Source: Mobula hypostoma (Eukaryota). Taken from it: DNA of 64,000 nucleotides. Positions 23,300 to 36,140 of the stretch are shown here, piece after piece. The stretch spans positions 8,000,001 through 8,064,000 of the forward strand of contig NC_086109.1 of NCBI RefSeq assembly GCF_963921235.1, written 5' to 3'. A model generated the notes under the pieces. That model saw nothing but the letters and a program-made list of their open reading frames with translations. It was not told the DNA's origin and did not search any database. Position numbers and translations under genes: made by a program. The stretch's first letter is position 1. The number at the start of each line of letters is the position of its first letter.

Positions 23300-24020
23300 C
23301 TTCTGAGCACAGTCCAGGCCCTTCAGCCCACAATGTTCTGCCGACCTTTTAACTGACTATAAGATCAAGCTGGCCCTTCCCTCCCACATAGCTCCATTTT
23401 TCTATGGTCCAGGCGCCTATCTAAGAGCCTCTTCAATGATTCCAATGTATCGGCATGGTAGCGTAGTGGGTTAGCATGACGCCTTACGGTACAGTCGACC
23501 TGGGTTCGATTCCTGCCGCTGCCTGTAAGGTGTTTTTATGTTCTCCCCGTGACCATGTGGGTTTCCTCTGGGTGTTCTGGTTTCCTCCCACAGTCTACTG
23601 GTTGGTAGGTTAATTTGTCATTGTAAATTGTCCCATGATTAGGCTTGGATTAAATCAGAGGGTCGTTGTGTGGCGTGGCTTGGAAGGCTGGAAGGGCCTA
23701 ATCTGTGCTGTATCTCAATAAGTAAAACAAAAATTGTGTATGCTTTTACTGCCACTCCTGGCAGCGTGTACCCTGCATCCTGCACTCATCTCTCTGTGTA
23801 TTTCAAAAATTATCTCTGACATCCCACCTAAGCATCCCTCCAATCAACTTAAAATTATGCCCCTCCTTTCAACCTGGGAGAAAGGCACTGGCTGTCCACT
23901 CCATTGGTGCCTCTTATCATCTTGTACACCTCTATCAAATCACTGCTCATCCTCCTTTGCTCCAAAGTGAAAAGCCCAAGCTTGCTCAACATCTTCTCAG
24001 AAGACACGTTCTCTAATCCA
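23300..24020 (-). mobile_element. CR1 3' fragment with nested + strand V-SINE (~23451-23725)
   Basis: ORF 23855-24097 (-): LGLFTLEQRRMSSDLIEVYKMIRG. Confidence 0.75.
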
Positions 24021-24279
24021 TTTCTCACTTTGTTTTTCCAGTTCTGGTGACGGGTTATTGCTCTGAAATATTTGGCCCTGTTTTTCTCTCTCTGCACATG
24101 CTGCCTGACCTATTTTTGGCATCTTCAGTTTTTGGGAAATTGGTTTATTCTTGTCACATGTACTGAGATACAGTGAAATGACTTGCCTTATGTACTGTTG
24201 TGTACAAGTCAATTCATTACACACTGCGCTGAGATGGTGCATAGTTAAAACAGTAACATTTTTGAATAAAGTGTGACAT

Positions 24280-24680
24280 ACCACAAAATGCTGGAGGAAC
24301 TCAGTAGGTCAGGCAGCATCTATGGTGATAAATAAACAGTTGACATTTTGGGCCAAGACCCTTCTTCAGGACCGTGCCAAATCAAAGACAGTTCATGCTT
24401 GATTAAACTGATGGTGTTTTATTTTTTGGCGATGGGGGAGGATTGGTGAGGGAAGTGTGGTTGATATTGCTTATCTGACATAACAGGCATTCCATAAGGT
24501 GTCTCAAGATTGAAATCAGTGGAATGATAGGGGATGTAATACTATTGATAGCAACACTGCAGGTTCTGCAGACGCTTGATAAACAGAGCAACATGCACAA
24601 AATGCTGGAGGAACTCAGCAGGTTAGGCAGCATCTATGGAGAGGTATAAACAGTTGACATTTCAGGTCAAGACACTTCAT
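24280..24680 (-). mobile_element. Two PLE pLTR fragments (~24280-24372 and ~24585-24680)
   Basis: aaaatgctggaggaactcag...cagcatctatgg...cagttgacat; degenerate hammerhead motifs on the minus strand. Confidence 0.65.
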
Positions 24681-25139
24681 GACTTATCAGGGTAAAGTGT
24701 TACAGTTTCAGAGAAGGTGCAGTACAGGCAGATAATAAGGTGCAAGACCATGATGAGGTAAGATTGTAAGGTCAAGAGTCCATCTTATTGTACGAGGGGA
24801 CTGTTCATTCTTGTATAACAGTGGGATGCAAGTATGGTACGTGCTTTCAGGCTTTTGTATCTTCTGCTTGATGGGGGAGAAGGGGAAGAGAGAATATCTG
24901 GGGTGGGTGGGGGTCTTTGATTATATTGGTTGCTTTAACAAGGCAGAGAGGAGTGTAGACAGAGACTGTTGAGTGCAGGCTGGGTTTTTGTGATGTGCTG
25001 TGCTCTGCCTGCAACTCTGCAGTTGTTGTCATGGGCTGATCAGTTGCCATGACCAAGGCATAGTTGGCTTTCCAATGTTTGAACTTTTCTTTGCTTTGAG
25101 TTTTCCCAGAGCTTGACGTCTTCAGAGAGTTCAGTGCTT

Positions 25140-25630
25140 GTCCATAAGATATAGGAGCAGAATTGGGCCATTTGGCCCATTCGAGTCTGCTCTTGTCATT
25201 TCATCATGGCTGATCCATTTCTTCTCAGCCCCTTCTATCCATATCCCTTCATGCTCTGACCAACGAAGAATTCATCAAACTCTGCCTTAAATATACCCAA
25301 TGACTTGGCCTCCATTTGCCTGTGGCAATGAATTCCACAGACTGACCAGTCTCTGGCTAAAGAAATTCCTCCTCGGCTCTGTTCTAAAAGGATGTCCGTT
25401 TGTTCTGAGGTTGTGTCCTCTGGTCTTAGATTTCCCGGCCGTAGAAAACCTTCGCTCCACATCCACTCTATCCAGGTCTTTCAAACATTTGAGAGGTTTC
25501 AATTAGGTCACCCCTCATCCTTCCAAATTCCAGTGAGTACAGACCCAGAACCATCAAGTACCCCTTGTATGACAAATCTTTCAATCCTGGAATCATTTTT
25601 GTGAACCTCCTTTGAACCCTCTCCAACTCA
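25140..25630 (-). mobile_element. CR1 LINE 3' fragment
   Basis: ORFs LERVQRRFTKMIPGL and KTRGHNLRTNGHPFRTEPRRNFFSQR. Confidence 0.85.
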
Positions 25631-25814
25631 ATCCTTGCAGAATGCAAGAATGTGATTCTGTATATGGCATGCAAAGAAGTGGAAACTTCATCATTTTGGA
25701 TGTTTTTTCACTATTCACCTTTAATATTTTGTGAAGGAAAATGCTGTTTATTTGATATCTGCAGAATGGTTCCTTGTTGAAGCGAGCACCGATTTTAACT
25801 GTCAGTGCTGAACC

Positions 25815-26120
25815 TTAAACGCAGAAGATTTGGCAGATGCTAGAAATCTTGAGCAACACAGACACGGTGCTGGAGGAACTCTGCAGATCAGGCAGCATCT
25901 ACGGAGGGGCTAAAACAATTGATATTTCAGTCCAAGACCCTTCATTGGGACTAGAAAGAATGGGGGGGGGGGAGGTGGGGAAGAAGTCAGAATAAGAAGG
26001 TGGGGGTGTACAAGCTGGAAGGTGATAGGTGAAACCAGATGGGCGAGGGAGGAGGTGGGAAAGAGAAGCTGGGAGGGGAGTAGGTGGACTGAGGAAGAAG
26101 GAATTGGATAGCAGAGGACA
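25815..26120 (-). mobile_element. PLE pLTR plus CT-rich 3' UTR fragment
   Basis: Same motifs as 13500-13880, reverse strand. Confidence 0.65.
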
Positions 26121-26984
26121 AAGGTCAAAAAAGCGCTATTTTAATCTGTGAACAAGCATGGTTGAGACTGTTAAGGTTGCACATTGTAACTCGGTGTACA
26201 ACTGAGAGGCAGCCCTAATAAACCAGAAAACACAGGATTCTGCAGGTGCTGGATATCTTCAGCAACACAGTGCTGGAGGAATGCTAAACCGTTCTCATAC
26301 TCCAGATTCAGTTTCTTAAAATACTGCAGCTTCCACGTCATTAGACCGGTAATTGTCTAGTGATGGGGAACGCAGGAGGGCTAAGGAAGTTTGCATTGCC
26401 AGAGGCAATGGATGCTCTAGTGTATATTTGCCAGAAGGGAAATTAAACTGTTTGCCTTCCCTTGGTTTGTAAGTGAAGCCATTACCTTCTGCTTTGCCCG
26501 GTGAACATCCCAGTGGTTCTCTGCATTCCAAACTACTTCAAGGTACTGTTACTACATTAGTATTTTGATTTTTTTTGCAGCACTTACAACTTTAGCTGAC
26601 GTCTTAATCGTCATGGGCAATGTTTACTGCTGTTGGGAGTGTGGACTGACAGCACTTTATGCATCTAACGCCTTCATTAACGTTCTTTTTGTTCTCCATT
26701 AAGATGCTGTTGGCTGGTATTGCTGGTCTCCAAATTGTGTAAGTTTATCACGAATAATAGCTGCAAAGCCGCAGGCAATAAATACGATACCACATGCAGA
26801 GCTTTTGAATTAAGTGAAGGCATTTGAAATGGTGCTGGGGTCTGTAACGTTGGACACAGGATCTCTGAAATCATTCTATTTAAAGAGTTGAAGACACAGG
26901 GTTTGTGGCAGCAATTTCAGGAAAACTTTCGCAGCAGCTTCACTGAGGTGGGTTTGCTTGTGGCCACATTTATTTATTTTGCAT

Positions 26985-27752
26985 TTATTTTATTTATTGA
27001 GATACAGCATGGAATAGGCCCTTCTGGCCCTTCCGATCGTGCTGCCCAGCAATCCGCCAACTTAATCCTAGCCTAATCACAGGACAATTTACAATGACCA
27101 ATGAACGTACTAATTGGTACGATCAAGCTGACTTTTGCTGTCTTCAGATCATCGTAAACCAAACCTCAGGAAAGGCTGCAGGGATCGATCTCCCAATCCC
27201 TCATCGTTTACCTTAAATTTCATTTAGAGATGACAGCCCATCTGGCCCAACACCCACCAACCCACCTACTTAACCCTAGCCTAGTCAGAGTTAAATTTAC
27301 AACGACTGCTGAACCTACTAACGGGCATATTTTGGACTGTGGGAGGAAACCAGAGCACCTGGAGAAAACCCAAGCGGTCACGGGTAGAACGTGCAAACTC
27401 ATTACGGACCATTCTAAGCAGGCGCACTTATTCCAGCCGCTGTCCAGGGTGCCACGGTAGCGGAGCGATTAACGTGAAGCTGTTACAGCTCAGGGCGTCA
27501 AGAGTTCGGAGTTCAATTCCAGTGCTGTCTGTGAGGAGTCTGTCTGTTCTCCCTGTGAACTGTGTGGGTTTCCTCTGGGTGCCCTGGTTTTCTCCCACAT
27601 TCCAATGATGTACCGATTAGCAGGTTGCTTTATCGTTGTAAATTGTCCTGTGATTAGGCTAGGATTAAATAGGTGGGTAACCAGGTGGCTCAGCTCGTTG
27701 GATTGGAAGGGTCTGTTCTGCGCTGTATATCTAAATCTAAAAATAAATAAAA
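26985..27752. mobile_element. Cluster of V-SINEs: two minus-strand partial copies and one plus-strand copy (~27448-27752)
   Basis: V cores in both orientations. Confidence 0.7.
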
Positions 27753-27989
27753 ATACAGTATTCCCTTTGATTTATTAAAGTCATAGAGGACAGAAACAAG
27801 CCCTTCAGCCCCCAAGTCCATGCTGACCAAGTATCCACTGACACCCACCCGGGGTCCAAGGGCCCCTTGTTTAATGGTATTGGTCCATGGCATAAAAAAG
27901 TTGGGAAACCCCTGACTTGCCCTCAACTTGCCTTTACTTGGGTTTGCCATGCCTTTGTGATTCAAGCCTCCTTTCAAGACCTGTTCCAT

Positions 27990-28380
27990 AGAATCGTGGA
28001 GCACTACAGCACAGAAACAGGTCCTTGGGCCGTCTAGTCCATGCCGAACTTACTTCTGCCTACTCCCATCGACCCGCACCTGGACCATAGTCCTCCATCA
28101 CCCTCCCATCCATGTACCTACCCAAACTTCTCTCAACTTCTGCAACTGAACCCGCATCCACCACATCCACTCTCGCACCCTCTTGAGTAAAGGACCCCCC
28201 CCCCACAAGTTCCCCTTAACTATTTCACCTTTTATTTTTAATTTCTGACCCCTAGTTCTAGTCTTGCTCAACTGCAATGGAAAAAGCTTGCTTGTATTTA
28301 CCCTATCTATACCCCTCATAATTTTCTGTCAAATCTCACCTCATTCGCCTTTGCTCCAGAGAATAAAATCCTTAAGTATT
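27990..28380 (-). mobile_element. CR1 LINE 3' end
   Basis: ORF 28098-28319 (-): MRGIDRVNTSKLFP...TRGQKLKIKG. Confidence 0.75.
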
Positions 28381-29720
28381 CAAACTTCACTCCTTCATAG
28401 TATCTTAACCAAGCCTTGTGTCATCTTGTGCCCTGACATTTTGCATTGAGCCTATGTGTCAGCTTTCGTCCAGAAAAGCTCCTATGCTTCTCTGAGAATG
28501 TTTTTCTTTTTTGGCTTTTCTGACTGCGAGATTAAATGTTAGCTTTGTTTGCCATATCTTTAATTGTAAGAGATAATTAATAGGTTCCAAGTTTTGCTGT
28601 TATCTCTTACTGAGGCACTTCTACACATTTCAAATGGCTGCCTTTCTCTGTACTTCTGGTATCTCTGTGAAATTATGGTGTGACTCTAGGTGTAACGGTT
28701 CACATGGAGGGCATGCCAGGCAGGAGGTACCCAGTGAAGCAAAAAATAACAGCAGGCTGGAGGCACTCAACAAGTCCTCCAGTATCTGTGGGGGGAGGGA
28801 GGAGATAATTCTTTATTATTATTTTTTTTCCGTTTGTATTTGCATGGCGTTGTATTTTGGTTGTCTGCCCTGTTGGGTGTGTTTTTTCATTGATTCTATT
28901 ATGGTTATTGGATTTATTGAGTATGCCTGGAAGAAAATGAATCTGGGGGTTGTATATGGTGAGCTATGTGTAATTTGATAATAAATTTACTTTGAACTTT
29001 GAGATGGGGATTGCCAGTGTTTCAGGTTGCATCTCTGAATCAGGGTGTTGATGCAGAATCGAGCCCCAAAGCGCTGACAGTCCTCTCCTCCTCCTCAAAT
29101 ACTGCTTGACTTGCTGAGGTGAGAGAAAATTCAAGGCTGTGGGCCTCTGTTCAGTGTTCAACAGGGAAGATATGTTCCCCAAAATGATGGCAACCATTAA
29201 CATTCTTCACGCAAAAGGGTTATGGATGGATGCTGAGAATTGACAGAACATAGACCACAGAAACAGACCCTTCAGCCCACCATGTTGTGCAAGCCCTTCA
29301 ACCTAAGATCAATCTAACCTTCCCTCCTTTTTGCACAGTAGGGAATTAAGGGTTATGGGGAAAAGGCAGCTAGGTGGAGATGAGTCCATGGCCAGATCAG
29401 CCATGATCTTATTGAATGTCAGAGCAGGCTCGACAGGTCAGATGGCCTACTCCTGCTCCTACTTCTTAAGTTATGTACGTAGCCCTCCATTTCTCTGTCC
29501 TTGTTCTTAAGGGCTAGCACCTTGTTCTCAGGCTGCTGCTCTAGAGCCTCCAACCAGGGTTCAGTTTCATATATTTCAGTGAGGGCATCACTCACCCTTG
29601 TAAAAATCCTGAGATTATGGGCAAGTGGCACCCAGTCCTCTGGAGGAACCCCATATCCCAGGGATTCGTCCATTGAATGTCACATTGCCTCTTAGGCAAC
29701 TGCATGTGTCTATTTAGAGT

Positions 29721-29793
29721 CAGGGAGCTCCCAGTCTGGGGTCCACAGGGCCTCTTGCTCCAGGGCATTTAAAAAAAAAGTTGGGAAGCCCTG
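29721..29793. mobile_element. ~75-bp hAT-Charlie-type MITE (relatives at ~27843-27914, ~41514-41593, ~51690-51769)
   Basis: TIRs caggg..ccc / ggg..ccctg; atttagag repeated on both flanks. Confidence 0.65.
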
Positions 29794-30299
29794 ATTTAGA
29801 GATACAGCACACTATCAATCCCTTCCAGCCGAACGAACTCGCCGCGCAATTGCATCCTCGTTACCAATTAACCTAACCTGTGTGTCTTTGGGATGTGCGA
29901 AGAAACCCACACAGTTACAGGGAAAAGATACAGACTCCTTATAGACTGCGGTGGAATTGAACGCTAGTCGCTGGTGGTGTAGTACTGTTATGCTGACTGC
30001 ATCACCTATATTTCATTTCAGTGTAGAGTTCAAAACTCAATTGCTACACTACTAGGCTGCCTATATTTAATTTCAGAATAGAGTTCAATACTCGGTATGG
30101 TTTGGTCTGTCTAAATCCCTGTGAGATATTTGAGCAATATTGAATTGTGAGTAATATTGTAGGGAAGGGAGCTAATTATTTGAATGCTTTATTGATTGTG
30201 GTTTCAAGGGGTCATTGGAAGCAACTTGAGTGTGAATCTCATGATGGGTACTTTGATCAAAGTCAGTGTCACTTTACTGTTAAAGTCCATGTGTGTTCT

Positions 30300-30665
30300 G
30301 GGTGGAGATGCGTCTCTACCAAAGGAGGTGTAAGGTGCTTCTTCCCTCCACTAGCCTACAGGTCCCCCTTGGGCAAGGTGTAGCACCTGCTTAGCCCCCC
30401 GATCTGGATCATGTGAACCCATGGGAGCAAGTGGTGGATGGTCGTATGAGCAGCCGGTGCAGATCGCAAGTCCTGGTTATGCGACCACTGACACCAGGCA
30501 GACAATCTCTGAAGAGTATTGATAATGGCTGGGGCCACCCGTCTTGTAAAGACACTGCCCAGAAGAAGGCAATGGCAAACCACTTCTGTAGAAAAATTTG
30601 CCGAGAACAATCATGGACATGGAAAGCCTGTGATCTCCTATGTCATATGACAAAGGACATAATGA
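30300..30665 (+). mobile_element. RTE-related non-autonomous retroposon, family copy 3
   Basis: High similarity to 4556-4945. Confidence 0.7.
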
Positions 30666-30958
30666 GAACATGTTTCAAAGTAAGTAAATAAATTTATTAT
30701 CAAAGTCTATATGTCTCCATATACTACAGCAAGATTAATTGAATGAATGGAAAACTGCAGACAAAGACTGACAAGCAGCTTGTGTGCAAAAGAAGACAAA
30801 CTCTGCAAACACAGAAGAAGTGAATAATTAATACGGAGAACATGAGTTGTAGAGACCTTGAAAGTAAGTCCAATGATTACAGAATCAGGTCAGAGATGAG
30901 TGAAGTTATCCACACTGGTTCAGGAGTCTGTTCCTGAACCTGGTGGTGTGGGACCTGT

Positions 30959-31395
30959 AGCTCCTGCATCTCCTTCCCAGGGGCAGTACGTATCCGGCAG
31001 TGTAATGGTTAACACAACACTCTACAGTACACGCAACCTGGTCCAGCTCCTGTACCTCCTTCCCAGTGGCAATACATACCCGGCAGTGTAATGGTTAACA
31101 CAACACTCTACAGTACACGCAACCTGGTCCAGCTCCTGTACCTCCTTCCCAGTGGCAATACATACCCGGCAGTGTAATGGTTAACACAACACTCTACAGT
31201 ACACGCAACCTGGTCCAGCTCCTGTACCTCCTTCCCAGTGGCAATACGTATCCGGCAGTGTAATGGTTAACACAACACTCTACAGTACACGCAACCTGGT
31301 CCAGCTCCTGTACCTCCTTCCCAGTGGCAATACATACCTGGCAGTGTAATGGTTAACACAACACTCTACAGTACACGCAACCCGGTCCAGCTCCA
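30959..31395 (+). repeat. Tandem array, 86-bp unit, about 5 copies
   Basis: ggcagtgtaatgg recurs at 30996, 31082, 31168, 31254, 31340 (period 86). Confidence 0.95.
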
Positions 31396-31612
31396 GCAGC
31401 TGCCTGTAAGGAGTTTGTACATTCTCACTGTGATCGCGTGAGTTTCCTCCGGGTGCTCCGGTTTCCTCCCACACTTCAAAGATGTACTGGTTGGTAAGTT
31501 AATTGTTCATTGTAAATTGTCCTGTGATTTGGCTAGGATTGAATCAGTGGATTGCTGGGCAGTGTGGCTCAAAGGGCCGGAAGGGCTTATTCTGTGTTGT
31601 ATCTCAATAAAT
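31340..31612 (+). mobile_element. V-domain tRNA SINE whose head is amplified in the upstream array
   Basis: Last array unit runs into ctgcctgtaaggagtttgtacattctc..., V core and tail. Confidence 0.8.
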
Positions 31613-32654
31613 ATTGAAAACATGAGTTTCCAGGAAAGTAAAAATATACAGTAGAATTTATCAAAAGCTATGTATAAAGACTAACAAATAACTACTTTGC
31701 AAAAGTCAAATTGTGCAGCAAAAAAAATCCTGAGAACGCAGGATGATAATTACGAAAACCTACTTTGTTAGTGTACTGACGTGTATACATGCAGTGACTC
31801 AAATAATCCTTCTGTCGGTGGTTTGCAATGACAGTGGAGAAGAGAAGGTTGGTTATCTCTTCGTTGAATGTTCATCTTTCTTTTCAGAGTTGAATTAACA
31901 AACGAGAGTGAAATTGACTTGTTCCTGTATTTGTATTTCTCGTCACCGTCACCTGCACACTGTATGTGGCAAAATTTGGCACTTGTAATGCCTTTAGTGC
32001 TTGGGTCATTTGGAATGAGCAAAAGCTGGTTTCAATAACTTATCACCAAGTTGACAGATTCTTGTATTACTCCAACTATTTCGTGTAATCAAGTCAATTC
32101 AGCTTTATTGTCATGAGTGCAAGTACGATGGGGTACAGGTGTAATGAAAATCTTGCAGCAGCATTACAGACATGTAGGTTAAATTGTTAAATAGGATAAG
32201 CACAGAGGATAAATTGTTCTGTACATTTGGGAAGTGGTTACTGTGCAAAAGACAGACCTTGGTGCAAAAACATCATCAAAGACAAATCTGTGGTCAAGAA
32301 CCAAATGGGTGAAGGGCAGTAACTGTTCTTGAGCCCGGTGGTGTGGAACTTTGGGCTTCCGTCCCTCTTGCCCAGTGGTAGCTGTGAGAAGATGGCATGG
32401 CCTGGATGGTGGGGATCTTTGAATGTTGCTTTCTTGAGGCATCGTCCCATGTAGGTGACAAACATGCTTCCCTCTTTCCGGGAAAGGCAGCAAGGAAAAG
32501 CCCCAGTAACTATAGACCTGTAAGCCTTGTATCACCCTAACACATCTCGGCACCACACTCACCTCATCAGCAGCTCAAGTTATTGCTTGCAACTCTTGAG
32601 GTTTGCCAGTGCCTTATATCAAATCTATTTGCGAGTATGGCAGGCCTGGCCCAA

Positions 32655-33460
32655 ATAGCATTGTGGGCACTAGCCTCCCCAGCATCAAGGACGTCTCCAA
32701 AGGTGATGTGGCATCTATTGTGAAGGGCCCTTACCACCCAGGACATGCCCTCTTCTCATTATTACCATCAGACAGGCCTGAAGACACACACTCAACATAT
32801 TTAGGAGCTGCTTCTCTTCTACCATCAGATTTCTGAAAGGTCCATGAACAGTATGTCACTATTTTCCTCTCTTTTTGCAATACTAATTTTTAATATATTG
32901 TAACTTATTTTTTTATAATGCATTTCAAAACAAATTTCATGCCATACAGTATGTGAATGATAATAGTCATGATTCTGATTGCCAGCGAGCCACTCTTACT
33001 GACTATGTCACTGTCTGGTATGGAGAAGCTACTGCAGAGGATCGAGGTAAGCTGCAGAGAGTTGTAAACACGTCAGTTCCATCGTGGGCACTAGCCTCCA
33101 TAGTATCTAGAACGTCTTCAAGGAGCAATGCCTCAAAAGGGTGGCCTCCATCATTAAGGATCTCCATCACCCAGGTCATGCCCCCTTCTCATTGCTATCA
33201 TCAGGGAGGAGGTACAGGAGCCTGAAGGCACACACTCAGTGATTCAGGAACAGCTTCTTCCCCTCTGCCATCCGATTCCTGAAAGGACATTGAACCCATG
33301 AACACTACCTCACTACGTTGTTCTTTCTATCTTTGCACTAATTTAACTATTTAATATGTATATACTTAACTGAAATTCAGTTTTTTCTCTATTATGTATT
33401 GCACTGCTGCAGCAAAGACAAATTTCATGACATATGCCGGTGATATTAAATCTGATTCTG
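32655..33460 (+). mobile_element. Two tandem Rex1/Babar-type 3' fragments
   Basis: HPGHALFSLLPS and tcagggaggaggtacaggagcctgaagg motifs; (ctgatt)n tails. Confidence 0.7.
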
Positions 33461-34556
33461 AGTATAAGAAGCACAGAACGTTCCAAGCATTGCCTACAGG
33501 AAAACGAATCTCAGGGTAGTATATGGCAACAGCTATGTATTTTGATAAATTTACTTTGAACTTTGAACAATTCTCTACCTGAGCCAGGCGAATTTCACAG
33601 AACCTGTCGCTCGAGATAAGCTGCTTCATGAACCAACGAAGTCTGCATGTTAAGATGGTCTTTTCAGACATCTTGGAACCCACAAATGGAATGGAAGCAA
33701 ATGATTCAGCACTGCAAGAACATCTCAGTCAGGAGAGGTGTTTATAACAGGTCGTTTACTCAACAGGATGTGATGCTGGTATTACACAATCACTTCATTG
33801 CAGAAATATCCTGGGAACAACTCTTGTTTGAAAAGAGACGCTGTAGCTGAATAATTTAAAACTGCAGTTGCCTGGGAAAGTGCCATTATTTATAAGACTG
33901 TTGTGAACAAGATTAAGGTTTAATGCTCCTCTCTTGTAATGGGCAACACAAGATGTTGGAGGAATGTTTATTTGGCATTATATTTTTGCATTTGTAATTT
34001 ATAGTAATGGAGGTAGCAGTGTTCAGGAATCTGGCAGAGAGGAAGAAGCTCTTACTGAATCGTTGAGTGTGGGTCTTCCTGCTCCTGTACCAGCTCCCTG
34101 TAGTAACCAGAAGAGGGCATGTCCCAGGTGGTGAGGGTTCGGGGTGACGGATGGCACCGCTGCTTGAAGATGTCCTTGACGGTGGAGAGGGTTGCTCCCA
34201 CGGTGGAGCTGTCCCTCTTGCCATCCTGTGCATTGGCACTTTCGTAATAGGCGGTGATGCAGCCAGTCGGAATGCTCCATTCACAGGCATTTGTAATATA
34301 ATTGCTGCTGGTAATTGCACTTAATGGATCTTGACGCTGAATTGCAAGGGACCACTTGTACTCTTGAAAATAAGTTGTACATTAACTGCAATAAAAGCAC
34401 CATTGTTTAATGGCTAATACAAAGCGGCGTAATTTTAAGGTGATTGGAGGAAGGTATACAATTAAGTTTGTTTTTTTTAATATATAGACTGGTGGGGACA
34501 AGCTGCCAAGGGTGGTGGTAGAGGCAGGTACATTTGGGACATTTATCTTGGATAGG

Positions 34557-34983
34557 AGACCAACATCCGGTGCTGCTGGCAGATCATCAACTCGGTGAAA
34601 GACGCCCTTTGGTCGGCCCGAAACTTGATGATCTACCAGCACATGGAGATGTCCGTGGGAGAATGCTGCCGACTGGCACATTCTCGGCTGCAGGAGTACG
34701 TGCTGAGGGGCGCACTGAAACTCGGTGCAGCCACTGCAAGGGCCTGGTGGGGAAGGAGCATGGTATAGGTTTCTTCACCTGCGGGAGTGGGAGGGGTCGG
34801 GTGGCGGGGAGTATACCCCTCAACAATGGTGTGGTAAAGTGAACAACTGGAGTGCCACGTGGGTGGCCGTAAGTATGGATATGTACTGACTATAATGGAA
34901 ATGTATGTAAAGGATGGAAAGTTACTGAATAGTTTATTGTATATAATTTTATTTTTGAATAAGGTATATTTTGAAATTAAAAA
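34557..34983 (+). mobile_element. L1/Tx1-clade LINE 3' end with 14-bp TSD, inserted in a CR1 tail
   Basis: Translates NIRCCWQIINSVKDALWSARNL...RLAHSRLQEYVLRGALKLGAATARAWWGRSMV*; A-rich tail; TSD ttatcttggatagg at 34543-34556 and 34984-34997. Confidence 0.8.
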
Positions 34984-35704
34984 TTATCTTGGATAGGCAC
35001 ACGAATAACAGAAAAAATGGGGGTCCATGTGGGTTAGATTGAAAGGTTGGCGCAACATCATGGGCTGAAGGGCCAAGAGATTATTAAGTAATTATTTTGT
35101 TCTCCTTTACACTTGTGTACTGGAAATGACATTTAACAATCTTGAATCTCGAGAGGCAGTTGGTTTCAGCTGGAGTTTCACTGCAGCAATGCCACTGCAG
35201 ACTGGGTATTGTGACATGTTCTCCAGCTGAGAGGTAAATTATTAGCTTGGGTAAAGTTTGTGTGAAGGAGCCACTCGTGCATCCAACTCTTTTCTCTCCC
35301 CCCCCCCCCCCCCCGTCACATCCTGACTCATTTCACTGCAGATTGTATTCAGATGAGCTTTCATAAACCACTCAAGCAGTTTCACCACCAGTGCAGGGAT
35401 GGAAAAGCAATTCTGTACAATTTGGGTAACGTGTCTCGGAAGCTGGTGGTTAATGTGGGGGAGAGAGGGGCAGATTTGGTTCTTAGCAAATTGAATCTGA
35501 CCCATGTCTGCATCCTCGAGCAGTAGACTCAGCATCCTAACTGCAGTTTTACTTCAGAGTTATATCTTGACATTGTGTCGTACTAGTACTTAATTTCTGC
35601 AAAACATTGCCCTCTCTCGTTTTACCATCGGGAAGGAGGTACAGAAACCTGAAGGTGGACACTCACTGATTCAGGAACAGCTTCTGCTCTGCTGTCCGAT
35701 TTCT

Positions 35705-36096
35705 TTTCTTTTTTAAATCTTTTTATTAATTTTCCAAAATTATAAGCAGAATAACAATATTGGTACAGAGAGACTGGAATAATCTTATTGTTGATAAACA
35801 TGTACAAAAAATACTTCAAATAATACAGGTGTAATAGACTTCCAAACTCTTAATGTAATTAATCATAGAGAAAAAAAGAAATAAAAAGAAAAAAAAATAA
35901 TGCAAAGAAACCCCCCCCCCCAAAAAAAACTAAATAGAAAACCCAAAAAGAAAGCAAACGGAACAAAACAAGGCTAGACCAGAATCTTAAATCGAATACA
36001 TTCAATAATGTTGTCAACTCCGCTCCTCTATTCATATATTTTAAGTTAATAAGAAGGATTCGGAAAAGGTCAAATTACATCATATGAAAATGTTGT
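35705..36096 (-). mobile_element. L1-type 3' UTR insertion with 12-bp TSD
   Basis: Minus strand ends AATAAA plus A-rich tail; TSD tgtccgatttct at 35693-35704 and 36097-36108; target resembles TT/AAAA. Confidence 0.7.
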
Positions 36097-36140
36097 TGTC
36101 CGATTTCTAAATGGGCATTGAACTCATGAACAGTACGTCA

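Noticed and set aside
30959..31395. CRISPR-like regularly spaced repeats
   Set aside because: Whole 86-bp units are repeated with no unique spacers, both halves derive from retroelements, there are no cas genes, and the context is eukaryotic
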